Sequence record: PP180005
Length of the DNA: 53,846 bases
From: Escherichia phage mEp554
Reading direction: 5' to 3' (one strand)
In this document: positions 24,576 to 33,034 of the stretch, piece by piece
Position numbering within the stretch: the stretch's first letter is position 1
Layout: each line of letters starts with the position of its first letter
Position numbers and translations under genes: made by a program
The notes under the pieces: model-generated
The model's database searches: none
What the model saw: the letters and a program-made list of their open reading frames with translations, nothing else
What the model was told of the DNA's origin: nothing

Positions 24576-24598
24576 ACCCGGCCCCGTGCCGGGTTTTT
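24576..24598 (+). terminator. Rho-independent terminator immediately upstream of the holin (tR-prime-like)
   Basis: ACCCGGC-CCCGT-GCCGGGT followed by TTTT. Confidence 0.75.
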
Positions 24599-24618
24599 GC
24601 TTTGTTGGAGGTAAATCT

Positions 24619-24819
24619 ATGTTCGACAGAATACGGGAGGCGTGTGCGTATGTGACTGGTGCAGTAACCGCTTTTTTCGGTGCTATAACCATCAATGACG
24701 TCGCTGTTTTCGTTGGTATCTTATCAACCATAGGCACATTTGCCGTTAACTATTACTTTAAATCACAGGAGAACAAGCGAGCGCAAGAGGAACACGACGC
24801 GCGAATGGGGAATAAGTAA
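24619..24819 (+). CDS. Holin (class II / pinholin-like, 2 TM)
   Basis: 66 aa from ATG 24619 (SD GGAGG). Two TM segments and a charged C-terminus. Directly precedes a SAR endolysin. Confidence 0.75.
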   Translation: MFDRIREACAYVTGAVTAFFGAITINDVAVFVGILSTIGTFAVNYYFKSQENKRAQEEHDARMGNK

Positions 24820-25311
24820 ATGATTAGCCAATCGCTGAAAAACAAGATTGTTGCTGCGGCGGCTGGTGGTGCAATCGCTATTGCGGCGGTGATGATTAAG
24901 CCATTAGAGGGCGTGGAATACGATCCATATCGTGATGTTGTTGGCGTATGGACTGTTTGCTACGGTAACACCGGAAAAGACATCATGCTTGGGAAGACTT
25001 ACACGCAATCAGAATGCGATGCTTTGCTGAACAAAGATCTACACAAAACCGCAAAAGCGATTGACCCATATATCAAAGTCGAAATATCAGATTTTACCCG
25101 CGCTGCACTTTATTCCTTCGCCTATAACGTAGGCGCAACCAACTTCAAAACATCAACCTTATTAAAGCTACTCAATGACGGCAAGAAATCGGAAGCGTGC
25201 GCACAGCTTAAACGCTGGGTATACGCTGGCGGTAGGAAGTGGCAAGGCCTGGTAAACCGCCGCGATGTTGAATATGCCGTTTGCGAATGGGGGGAAACGT
25301 GGACAAGGTGA
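24820..25311 (+). CDS. SAR endolysin, GH24 lysozyme family
   Basis: 163 aa. N-terminal weakly hydrophobic SAR ([17 protein letters not shown]). Catalytic E-X8-D-X5-T ([16 protein letters not shown]). Confidence 0.9.
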   Translation: MISQSLKNKIVAAAAGGAIAIAAVMIKPLEGVEYDPYRDVVGVWTVCYGNTGKDIMLGKTYTQSECDALLNKDLHKTAKAIDPYIKVEISDFTRAALYSFAYNVGATNFKTSTLLKLLNDGKKSEACAQLKRWVYAGGRKWQGLVNRRDVEYAVCEWGETWTR

Positions 25312-25769
25312 AGGCGTTAATTATCGCCGCTGTTGTTTGCATTATTGCCAGCCTTACCGCCGTAACGTGCCATTACCAGAGTGAGGCGACAAGGTTACAG
25401 GAAGAGTTAACGACCACGCAAGGCGCACTGAAAACAGCAAGTAACACTATTCAGCAGATGAAGGAGCGAAACGCCGAACTGTCAAAACTTGATAAGAGGT
25501 ATCACGATGAGATTAAAGCTATCAGATCTGACATTGCCGATCTGCGCACTGGTATTGATAACGGCACTATCAGGCTGCGCGTCAACGCAATACCCGTGCG
25601 AGTGTCCGACCCCGCAGGAACCGCCAGCGCCATTAATGGAGCCTCCTGTAGACTCACTCCCGACGCTGAATCGGCTTATCTATCCCTCAGAGAACAACTA
25701 AAAGAGAAAGACGCGAAGATAACCGCGCTTCAGGGATACATCAAAACGCAGTGCTTACGCAAAGAATAA
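25308..25769 (+). CDS. i-spanin (Rz-like)
   Basis: GTG 25308 overlaps the endolysin stop (the ORF is open from 25281, so the start is uncertain). N-terminal TM then coiled coil. Confidence 0.75.
   Translation: MKALIIAAVVCIIASLTAVTCHYQSEATRLQEELTTTQGALKTASNTIQQMKERNAELSKLDKRYHDEIKAIRSDIADLRTGIDNGTIRLRVNAIPVRVSDPAGTASAINGASCRLTPDAESAYLSLREQLKEKDAKITALQGYIKTQCLRKE
25507..25701 (+). CDS. o-spanin (Rz1-like lipoprotein) embedded in the +1 frame of Rz
   Basis: ATG 25507 (SD GAGGT). Lipobox LSGC. Pro-rich mature part. Confidence 0.75.
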   Translation: MRLKLSDLTLPICALVLITALSGCASTQYPCECPTPQEPPAPLMEPPVDSLPTLNRLIYPSENN

Positions 25770-26048
25770 CAGTGCGTTGACGTGTCGCCGTTTCTGCCAG
25801 CCAGCCATAACCGGGCCAATCCTTCCCGCGAGCGACGGCAGAATAGTCAAAAACACGTAATGCCGGATCAACAGTCCCATTAACAGGTCAGGCGCTACCT
25901 GGGTAGAAGAAAGCGCCATCCACCAATTTTATAAAATTCTGTAAACGGTACTCACACAGCGCCGTTTTCAGTGTTTTATAGCTGTTTTCACTCCCTGCGG
26001 TGTCCAGTTTTGCGGGGGTTATATTTTTCAGGATAGAGGAATATTCTG

Positions 26049-26606
26049 ATGGCTAAGGCTAAAGGCATTAAGTTGCCTCAATTCAAAGTCCCGCTCTTTG
26101 AGCATACAACTGTTTTCTTTTGCCCGACCCGCGAGATGTTCTATGAGTTTTGCGAAAAGGCAGGGATCCCAATCGAACCTGATTTCGAACTGGCAGGAGG
26201 ATTAACGCTTACTTGCACTGGTGAGAAAGGCGGTAACTTCTACGTGATCGCAGTATTCGACAATGAGTTAGGAACGCTGGTACATGAAGCGGCCCATACT
26301 ACATTTCACGTTTTAAGTGATGTAGGCGTCGTGGCGACCACTGATCCCAGCCATCCGGCAAACGAGACTTATGCTTACATGGTAGGCCGTATCTTTGATG
26401 CTTTCTTCCCCATCCTGGCAGAATCAAATGAAGCACAGGTGGCAGCAATGCAGGCAGAAGAAATAACCGAACGTCTTAGCGCACAAGAGGCAAGGGATAT
26501 TGCTAATGAGGCAAAAGACAAGCAAAAGCCAGCTAAGAAAGGCAAACGTAAGCCTAAAGCAAAAGAGGCGCTTGTGCCGCGTGTTATGAGCTTTAAACGG
26601 GGGTGA
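26049..26606 (+). CDS. HExxH-motif protein (putative small zinc metallopeptidase) with a Lys-rich tail
   Basis: 185 aa. SD GAGGA. LVHEAAHTTFH, then ETYAY 25 residues later. C-terminal KDKQKPAKKGKRKPKAK. Confidence 0.6.
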   Translation: MAKAKGIKLPQFKVPLFEHTTVFFCPTREMFYEFCEKAGIPIEPDFELAGGLTLTCTGEKGGNFYVIAVFDNELGTLVHEAAHTTFHVLSDVGVVATTDPSHPANETYAYMVGRIFDAFFPILAESNEAQVAAMQAEEITERLSAQEARDIANEAKDKQKPAKKGKRKPKAKEALVPRVMSFKRG

Positions 26607-26608
26607 TT

Positions 26609-26704
26609 ATGGGTATCCTTCTGGTATGTGTATTTATTGCTTTAGTTGCGATGGAGGTATTGCTCCCCATTTGGGCGGCGACCTGGATGATGCAAGATGA
26701 TTGA
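26609..26704 (+). CDS. Micro-ORF 1 of 10: MGILLVCVFIALVAMEVLLPIWAATWMMQDD (31 aa, TM)
   Basis: SD GGGGGTGA. Starts 2 nt after the HExxH gene stop. Confidence 0.55.
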   Translation: MGILLVCVFIALVAMEVLLPIWAATWMMQDD

Positions 26705-26771
26705 CCCGCTCATTATCCTTTCTGCCTGCGTCGCTGTATGGCTGGCGATCATGATATTCATTGAAAGCTAA
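26697..26771 (+). CDS. Micro-ORF 2: MIDPLIILSACVAVWLAIMIFIES (24 aa, TM)
   Basis: 8-nt overlap with micro-ORF 1. Weak SD. Confidence 0.45.
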   Translation: MIDPLIILSACVAVWLAIMIFIES

Positions 26772-26781
26772 AGGCGTTCAC

Positions 26782-26856
26782 ATGAATATTTACGATCTAA
26801 TCTGGTGGTTGTTGGTCGCCGTCATTATCTATTTCTGGTGGAAGAATGTTGTATAG
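26782..26856 (+). CDS. Micro-ORF 3: MNIYDLIWWLLVAVIIYFWWKNVV (24 aa, TM)
   Basis: SD AAAGG 7 nt upstream. Confidence 0.5.
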   Translation: MNIYDLIWWLLVAVIIYFWWKNVV

Positions 26857-26864
26857 GTGACGGC

Positions 26865-26963
26865 ATGGATATATTCGAATTACTGGCGATTATGTTCGGA
26901 ATGATGTTAAGCATTGTCGCCATAATTATCATCATCGGCCTTGTTATGGGTAGCATCAAATGA
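26865..26963 (+). CDS. Micro-ORF 4: MDIFELLAIMFGMMLSIVAIIIIIGLVMGSIK (32 aa, TM)
   Basis: SD GGTGA 4 nt upstream. Confidence 0.55.
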   Translation: MDIFELLAIMFGMMLSIVAIIIIIGLVMGSIK

Positions 26964-27040
26964 ACGCATACGAAATGCTATTGCTGGTGGCTGTTATTAC
27001 AGTTATCGCCGTAGATTTTTATCGAGGGTTGAAAAGATGA
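26960..27040 (+). CDS. Micro-ORF 5: MNAYEMLLLVAVITVIAVDFYRGLKR (26 aa, TM)
   Basis: ATGA overlap with micro-ORF 4. Confidence 0.5.
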   Translation: MNAYEMLLLVAVITVIAVDFYRGLKR

Positions 27041-27108
27041 GAGAAGCAGACTTCTTTTGCATGATTATAGTGATCGTCATCGTTGCCGTGCTTTTAAGCG
27101 TTAACTGA
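27037..27108 (+). CDS. Micro-ORF 6: MREADFFCMIIVIVIVAVLLSVN (23 aa, TM)
   Basis: ATGA overlap with micro-ORF 5. GAGGG 8 nt upstream. Confidence 0.5.
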   Translation: MREADFFCMIIVIVIVAVLLSVN

Positions 27109-27125
27109 ATCGCAGGAGGTTAAAA

Positions 27126-27194
27126 ATGAAATTGCTTGATTTCTTTTTCCTGATTGTTGCGATTGTTCTTACCATGACCGCGCTGACTCAATAG
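27126..27194 (+). CDS. Micro-ORF 7: MKLLDFFFLIVAIVLTMTALTQ (22 aa, TM)
   Basis: Consensus SD AGGAGG 6 nt upstream. Confidence 0.6.
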   Translation: MKLLDFFFLIVAIVLTMTALTQ

Positions 27195-27202
27195 GTGAAT
27201 AT

Positions 27203-27277
27203 ATGGAAACTATCGAAGCAGTATTATTCGTGTTCATCGCTGCGGTTGTTATTGTTGGGTTTATTATCAATGTCTGA
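27203..27277 (+). CDS. Micro-ORF 8: METIEAVLFVFIAAVVIVGFIINV (24 aa, TM)
   Basis: SD GGTGA 4 nt upstream. Confidence 0.55.
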   Translation: METIEAVLFVFIAAVVIVGFIINV

Positions 27278-27338
27278 CGTCGATTTCTTAATCATAGCTA
27301 TAAGTTCGCTGTTAGTCGTTATCGTTTTCTTCGCATAA
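27270..27338 (+). CDS. Micro-ORF 9: MSDVDFLIIAISSLLVVIVFFA (22 aa, TM)
   Basis: 8-nt overlap with micro-ORF 8. Confidence 0.45.
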   Translation: MSDVDFLIIAISSLLVVIVFFA

Positions 27339-27348
27339 AGGGTAAGCA

Positions 27349-27432
27349 ATGAAAGAGCTATTCGACTGGTTGGAAGTATTAACATACTGCGCAAGTTTTG
27401 TGGCTTGCGTATATATCATCAACAAATATTAA
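27349..27432 (+). CDS. Micro-ORF 10: MKELFDWLEVLTYCASFVACVYIINKY (27 aa, TM)
   Basis: SD AAGGGTAAG. Ends 10 nt before terS. Confidence 0.5.
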   Translation: MKELFDWLEVLTYCASFVACVYIINKY

Positions 27433-27442
27433 GAGGTGAAAT

Positions 27443-27928
27443 ATGGCCCGCACGAAAAAGGCAAAGGCTGAAGACAAAAAGCCAGCAGCCAAAAAGACGG
27501 GCCGTCCACATGGCTATTCAGAAGAAAAGGCATTGGAGATCTGCGAGCTTGTGTCGGACGGCGAAAGTATTAACAAGATTTCGAAGATGCCTGGTATGCC
27601 TGCACGTTCAACAATCCTCAAGTGGTTCAGAGATGTGCCGGAGTTTTCGGACATGTATATGCGCGCGAAGGAGATCGGATTCGAGGTGTTAGCTGATGAG
27701 ATCATCGACCTTGCTGACGCGCCAGAGAACATCAAAAAGGAAGAACTGAACAGACACCATTTGATGATTGAAACTCGTAAATGGCTATTAGCAAAACTGC
27801 AACCGCGTAAGTATGGCGAGCGCGTCACACAGGAGATCGTCGGCAACAAGGAAGAGGCGCCCGTCCAGGTGGAAGTCACGAAAGAAGAGATCGCCCGCAT
27901 CGTCCAGGAAGTAGAAGACGAGGTGTGA
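27443..27928 (+). CDS. terS: Terminase small subunit
   Basis: 161 aa. SD GAGGTG. HTH region and the RKWLLAKLQPRKYGER motif typical of this small-terminase family. Precedes the large subunit. Confidence 0.8.
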   Translation: MARTKKAKAEDKKPAAKKTGRPHGYSEEKALEICELVSDGESINKISKMPGMPARSTILKWFRDVPEFSDMYMRAKEIGFEVLADEIIDLADAPENIKKEELNRHHLMIETRKWLLAKLQPRKYGERVTQEIVGNKEEAPVQVEVTKEEIARIVQEVEDEV

Positions 27929-27930
27929 TT

Positions 27931-29409
27931 ATGCTGACAATCAGAGAACGAGTCATTCAGTCCAAATGTGAAAACGATGGCCTGTTTTTCAATCGCTACT
28001 TCTATAAGCAAGCGAACGGAACGAAGATGTTAATCTCAGGCCATCATTTAGCCATCCGTGATGCACTGCAACGCGTTGTCAATGGTGAGATAACCCGACT
28101 CATCATCAACATTCCCCCAGGGTACGGTAAGACAATGATCGCTACCATCAATATGATGGCACGGTCCCTCGCAATAAATCCCCGCACAAGATTCCTTCAC
28201 GTTTCCTATTCCAATAACCTTGCGTTACTCAATTCATCGACTGTAAGAAACATGATCTGCACGCCTGAATATCAGGCAATGTGGCCCATGAAGATCCGCA
28301 ATGATGCCAACAGTAAATCTATGTGGTGGACAGAATACGGTGGCGGCGTGTACGCGACCTCATCGCTGGGCCAGGTAACTGGGTTCCGTGCCGGGTATAT
28401 GGAACCAGGATTTAACGGCGCGTTAATCATCGACGACCCATTGAAACCTGCTGACGCTTATTCTGACGTGGTGAGAAAGCAGGTAAACACCAACTATAAC
28501 GACACGCTTGCGTCACGTCTGGCAGTGCAAACGACGCCTGTTATCGTCATTATGCAGCGCATCCACTACGATGATTTGTCCGGCTACCTGTTACGCGGTG
28601 GGAGTGGGGAAAAGTGGTATCACCTGAACCTGCCAGTGAAGATTGACAACAGCGTTGACTATTGGGATTTGTACCCTGAAAACGAGTTCGCCATCCCTAT
28701 TGCTCACAACCTGCCTGATGGCTGGCTGTGGCCCAGGAAGCACAATGACGAACATGAAGCAGGACTGAAAGCACACAGGCGGTCATTTGAGGCCCAGTAC
28801 ATGCAGCGCCCGCGTAAATTCGACGAAGAGGGTGCATTGTGGACTGAAGCCATGATAACCGCAGCGCACCGGATGCAGATAACGCAGGACAAGATTCGCA
28901 CAGTGGTAGCCATCGACCCGGCGACAACATCATCGGAAGAATCGGACGAAACGGGGATCGTTGCATGTTCCGCTTACGGTGGCGGCAAGAATGCTCAGTA
29001 TTCTGTTGATGGTGACTACTCAGGACGCATGTCCCCTAATGCCTGGGCGCAAGCAGCAATGAGCGCATACGACATTCATGAGGCTGACGCGATGGTTATC
29101 GAAACCAACCAGGGCGGTGAAATGGCAGAGGCCACGCTACGCAATGCAGGATTCAAAGGCCGCATTGTTAAGGTACACGCAAGCAAGGGTAAATTCGCCC
29201 GCGCCGAACCAATATCTGCACTGTATGCACAAGGAAGGGTGGCCCACACTGGTGAACTGTACACGCTGGAAAATCAAATGATGGAATACGTGCCAGCTAC
29301 CGCCAAAAAATCCCCTGACCGTATGGACGCAATGGTATGGGGCATTACCGAACTGAGCCAGCCACAGGCGATGGGCCTCATGTTACCGAAGCGCCTGCGC
29401 GGATTTTAA
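27931..29409 (+). CDS. terL: Terminase large subunit
   Basis: ATG 27931 (SD GAGGTG; the ORF track starts at GTG 27925). Walker A-like PPGYGKT, Walker B-like LIIDDP, C-terminal nuclease region. Confidence 0.85.
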   Translation: MLTIRERVIQSKCENDGLFFNRYFYKQANGTKMLISGHHLAIRDALQRVVNGEITRLIINIPPGYGKTMIATINMMARSLAINPRTRFLHVSYSNNLALLNSSTVRNMICTPEYQAMWPMKIRNDANSKSMWWTEYGGGVYATSSLGQVTGFRAGYMEPGFNGALIIDDPLKPADAYSDVVRKQVNTNYNDTLASRLAVQTTPVIVIMQRIHYDDLSGYLLRGGSGEKWYHLNLPVKIDNSVDYWDLYPENEFAIPIAHNLPDGWLWPRKHNDEHEAGLKAHRRSFEAQYMQRPRKFDEEGALWTEAMITAAHRMQITQDKIRTVVAIDPATTSSEESDETGIVACSAYGGGKNAQYSVDGDYSGRMSPNAWAQAAMSAYDIHEADAMVIETNQGGEMAEATLRNAGFKGRIVKVHASKGKFARAEPISALYAQGRVAHTGELYTLENQMMEYVPATAKKSPDRMDAMVWGITELSQPQAMGLMLPKRLRGF

Positions 29410-29487
29410 AATCTGCCTCACAACTACCCACAAGTTTTTCTATTTTTCGCGTAGCAACGCGTAAACATGTATTCAGGAGTAAACATT

Positions 29488-30858
29488 ATGCCATCCAATT
29501 TAGAATTGGCGGTTAATGCTGCCTTGTCTCAACGCCAGGCGGCCTACGCCCGCTATGCCGCAGCACACCCATTCACTATGGGTATAGATGCCAAACGGGA
29601 TGCAGCGTGGAGTGAATACGGATTCAAAGAAGAAATAACCTATGACGATCTATACAAGCTGTATCGTCGCGGTGGTATCGCTCATGGTGCTGTAGAGAAG
29701 ATTGTTACTACTTGCTGGCGCACTATGCCAACGATGATCGAGGGAACCGAAGACGAGAAAGCCGAAAAGGAAACACCCTGGGAAAGAGAAATCAAGAAAC
29801 AATTCGACAACAGATTTTGGCGCACCATTGCCGAATGTGACCGCCGCCGCCTCATCGGTCGTTATGCTGGCCTGTTGATTCATGTCAGAGATAACCAGCC
29901 GTGGGATAAGCCAGTAACAAAAGGCGTAGGCATTGCCAAATTTACCCCGGTATGGGCTGGTGCTCTGACGCCGAAGGACTTCGAAGAAAACCCGGACAAT
30001 GAAAACTATGGCCTGCCGACGTGGTGGGAGTACAAGGAACGCATTAACAGTAAGACCATAGCAAGAAGGATCCACCCTGACCGCATATTCATCTTCGGTG
30101 ACTATTCTGATGATGCAATAGCCTTCCTTGAGCCGTCATATAACGCCTTTGTCTCGCTTGAGAAGGTGGAAGGGGGTAGCGGTGAATCATTCCTGAAAAA
30201 CGCTGCCCGCCAGTTAGCTATCTCGTTCGACAAGGATATTGACTTCCGGTCACTGGCAGCCACATACGGATGCGACGTCACAGAGCTTCGAGAAAAATTC
30301 AACGAGGCAGCGGATGAAATGAATAAGGGTAACGACGTGATGATGGCATTACAAGGGGCCACAGTTAGCCCGCTGGTGACTGCCGTATCTGACCCGTCAG
30401 CAACCTATGATGTCAACCTGCAAACCGCCGCCGCTGGTATTGATATTCCGACTCGCATCCTGGTTGGGAACCAGCAAGGCGAACGCGCATCAACCGAAGA
30501 TCTCCGCTACTTCAACAGCCGCTGTATGACTCGCAGGGAGGAAATCGGCGGTGAACTTGAGGAACTATTCCGCAAGATGGCAGATCTTCGCCTTATCAGC
30601 ATACCAGTTGACGTATCAGTTATATGGGACGACCTGAACGCCATGACTAAAGCCGAACTACTGGAAGCGGCATACAAAATGGCGCAAATCAATCAGGCTT
30701 GTTTGGCTACTGGTGAAGAAATATTTAGCGGTGACGAGATTCGCGAGGCTGCCGGATACGATGGCCCCGCTAGTGTAGTAGAAACGGAAGAGGGTGACGA
30801 TGATGAAGGTGAAGAAGATAATCAGGCGAATACCTCCAGCCGCGATAATGCCATCTAA
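29488..30858 (+). CDS. Portal protein
   Basis: ATG 29488 (SD AGGAG). About 456 aa with an acidic C-terminus, immediately after terL. Confidence 0.8.
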   Translation: MPSNLELAVNAALSQRQAAYARYAAAHPFTMGIDAKRDAAWSEYGFKEEITYDDLYKLYRRGGIAHGAVEKIVTTCWRTMPTMIEGTEDEKAEKETPWEREIKKQFDNRFWRTIAECDRRRLIGRYAGLLIHVRDNQPWDKPVTKGVGIAKFTPVWAGALTPKDFEENPDNENYGLPTWWEYKERINSKTIARRIHPDRIFIFGDYSDDAIAFLEPSYNAFVSLEKVEGGSGESFLKNAARQLAISFDKDIDFRSLAATYGCDVTELREKFNEAADEMNKGNDVMMALQGATVSPLVTAVSDPSATYDVNLQTAAAGIDIPTRILVGNQQGERASTEDLRYFNSRCMTRREEIGGELEELFRKMADLRLISIPVDVSVIWDDLNAMTKAELLEAAYKMAQINQACLATGEEIFSGDEIREAAGYDGPASVVETEEGDDDEGEEDNQANTSSRDNAI

Positions 30859-31744
30859 CACCGAAGACCCGACCATGACAGGTAAGTTACGGTCGGGAGC
30901 TATCAAGCGTTTTAAAGCCTGCCTGAAGAAAGTTGCGGATCCGTATATTGCCATACTGGACCGTATGCAATATAGCCTTGCTGTTAATAAGAAATACACT
31001 TTTCAGATCTACATCGACGAATTACATGATTTGCTGGAAGACGCCAGCGACATGATTGATGAAATATTCGAGTTAACAGACCCGGAGAACTTCTGGTTCT
31101 GGCAGGAATACGTAAAGGTGGCATATCAGCGCGGCACTTCACAGGAATATGCCAACCTCGCTAACCAGTCGGTCACATATTCCAGGGCTTACCCTGAAGT
31201 GTCGGCGGTATTAACCAGTCAGACCTATCGCACGCGCCTTGCCCTGGTCCGTACCCGTGTATTTGAAGAGATGCGCGGGCTTACCGCACAGATCAAGAAG
31301 GATATGGCCCGCCGATTAACCGAAGGCATGGCCCGTGGCTTAAACCCACTCGAAATAGCGCGCACATTGCAGCAGGAAACGCAATTGCCGCTATACAGGT
31401 GCAAACGTATTGCCCGTACTGAAATATGCACAGCGTTGCGCACAGCGCGTATGGATGAGGCAGAGGCCGCATCTGATGAGCTTAACTTGCGCACTATGCA
31501 AATGCATATTTCGGCATTGTCACCGACTACCAGGCTATCACACGCACAGCGACACGGGAAAACATACACCATAGAAGAGCAGCGCGAATGGTGGAGCAGA
31601 TCACCTAATTCAATTAACTGCAAATGTAGCACAATTACCGTGCTGGTGGATGAATCTGGTAACATATTAAACAAAAGAATCCTTGAGCGAGCGCAAGAGA
31701 ATTACAAAGTTGCGCACGCTAAATATGGCGAAGATTGGGAGTAA
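30800..31744 (+). CDS. Head morphogenesis protein (SPP1 gp7 / Mu F-like)
   Basis: Position after the portal. Start uncertain (ATG 30800/30803/30848). Confidence 0.6.
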   Translation: MMKVKKIIRRIPPAAIMPSNTEDPTMTGKLRSGAIKRFKACLKKVADPYIAILDRMQYSLAVNKKYTFQIYIDELHDLLEDASDMIDEIFELTDPENFWFWQEYVKVAYQRGTSQEYANLANQSVTYSRAYPEVSAVLTSQTYRTRLALVRTRVFEEMRGLTAQIKKDMARRLTEGMARGLNPLEIARTLQQETQLPLYRCKRIARTEICTALRTARMDEAEAASDELNLRTMQMHISALSPTTRLSHAQRHGKTYTIEEQREWWSRSPNSINCKCSTITVLVDESGNILNKRILERAQENYKVAHAKYGEDWE

Positions 31745-31749
31745 AAACC

Positions 31750-33018
31750 GTGAATAAAGAACTGATTCAGGTTAATACCAAATTAACCGCTAATACCATC
31801 CGCCGGGAAACATATAACGGGCGCGAACACATTGTTGTCCCGTCGTATACGTTGCCCTTCAATATCGTTATGAATCGTGAATATTACCCGGAAGCTGAAA
31901 TCATTGCTAATTATCAATCTCTGGAAGGTACGCTCGCACCGCTGGGCCATCCTACGGTTAACGGTGAATTCGTTTCCGCATTTAGCCCGGAAGGTCTGAA
32001 TATTGGCTTTTGTGGAGCATGGAACAGAAATGTTGAATTACGCGGCAATCGTGTTTATGTGGAAAAATGGGTGGATGTTGAAACCGCCAGCCATTCAGAA
32101 CAGGGCCGCGAATTATTAAGCCGACTTGAAGCACTGGAAAAAGGCGAAAGCAAAGATCCGATCTGGTCATCTGTTGCCGTATATCGTCAGCGTATGCCAG
32201 CTACTGAAGAGATGAAAGCGCAGGGCGCTGACAGCGTTGTCAAAATCATGTCAATTGACCATGACGCCATCTTACTGCATGAACCGCCAGCCGCATCGCC
32301 AGAACAGGGCGTTGGCCTGATGGTTAACACTGACCAGGCGAAGCCGTTAATGGCGGTGGCAATGAAAGAAAACAGCTATCGCACGCTTGAAAGACAATTG
32401 GAAGAAGCGGCGCGTAAACTGTTCCCCGATGCAGATTATGTCTATGTCGTGGACTTCACTGATAAAGAAGTGACGATTGCTACTAATGCCGAAAGTGCTC
32501 AAGTTTGCACGTATGAAAAACAGGCTGATAAAATAATTCTCAATAATGGCGAGCTTGCAACCAATGAGGAAAGTAAATCCTGGTTCGCTCAGTTCGCTGA
32601 ACACCTATCCAATCTTTTCTCACTAAGTGAAAAAATTAAGGCCAATAAATCGGAGGACGATCCCATGCCTTTGACCAAAGAAGAACGCGCCGAACTGGTG
32701 AAAGAAATTAACGAAAGCATCACCGCAAATATGGCTAATGCAATCGCTGAAGCGCTTAAACCAGTACAGGCAAGCGTTGAAGAATTACAGACCAATCAGA
32801 AAGCGATTAAAGAAGAGATCGCAGCAAACGCAAATAAAGAAGTAGCAGAAAAACGCGCCGCAGTAGCAAAAGTGCACGGCGAAATTGTTGCTAACGCATT
32901 AAACGGTGAGGCGTTAGAAGCAATGTTTAAATCCCTGGGCAAAGCCGCGCCGATGGCAACCAACGCAGCAAGCGAAGGTAAAAAAGGCGAAGTTCCAGAC
33001 TTTAACACTTATTTCTAA
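31750..33018 (+). CDS. Scaffold / prohead-core protein (possibly DUF2213-type protease-scaffold)
   Basis: GTG 31750 (SD GGAG). N-terminal globular region with GTLAPLGHP. C-terminal long Ala/Glu/Lys helical region. Confidence 0.55.
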   Translation: MNKELIQVNTKLTANTIRRETYNGREHIVVPSYTLPFNIVMNREYYPEAEIIANYQSLEGTLAPLGHPTVNGEFVSAFSPEGLNIGFCGAWNRNVELRGNRVYVEKWVDVETASHSEQGRELLSRLEALEKGESKDPIWSSVAVYRQRMPATEEMKAQGADSVVKIMSIDHDAILLHEPPAASPEQGVGLMVNTDQAKPLMAVAMKENSYRTLERQLEEAARKLFPDADYVYVVDFTDKEVTIATNAESAQVCTYEKQADKIILNNGELATNEESKSWFAQFAEHLSNLFSLSEKIKANKSEDDPMPLTKEERAELVKEINESITANMANAIAEALKPVQASVEELQTNQKAIKEEIAANANKEVAEKRAAVAKVHGEIVANALNGEALEAMFKSLGKAAPMATNAASEGKKGEVPDFNTYF

Positions 33019-33034
33019 TTAAAAGGGGATCACA

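Noticed and set aside
25755-25919. 54-codon minus-strand ORF (MALSSTQVAPDLL...) overlapping the end of Rz
   Set aside because: No SD, overlaps Rz, and no recognisable family. Kept only as a note in the gap finding.
27405-28011. Plus-strand 95-aa ORF 27405-27692 and minus-strand 165-aa ORF 27514-28011
   Set aside because: Both overlap the well-supported terS/terL frames. The plus-strand ORF also runs across micro-ORF 10 without an SD.
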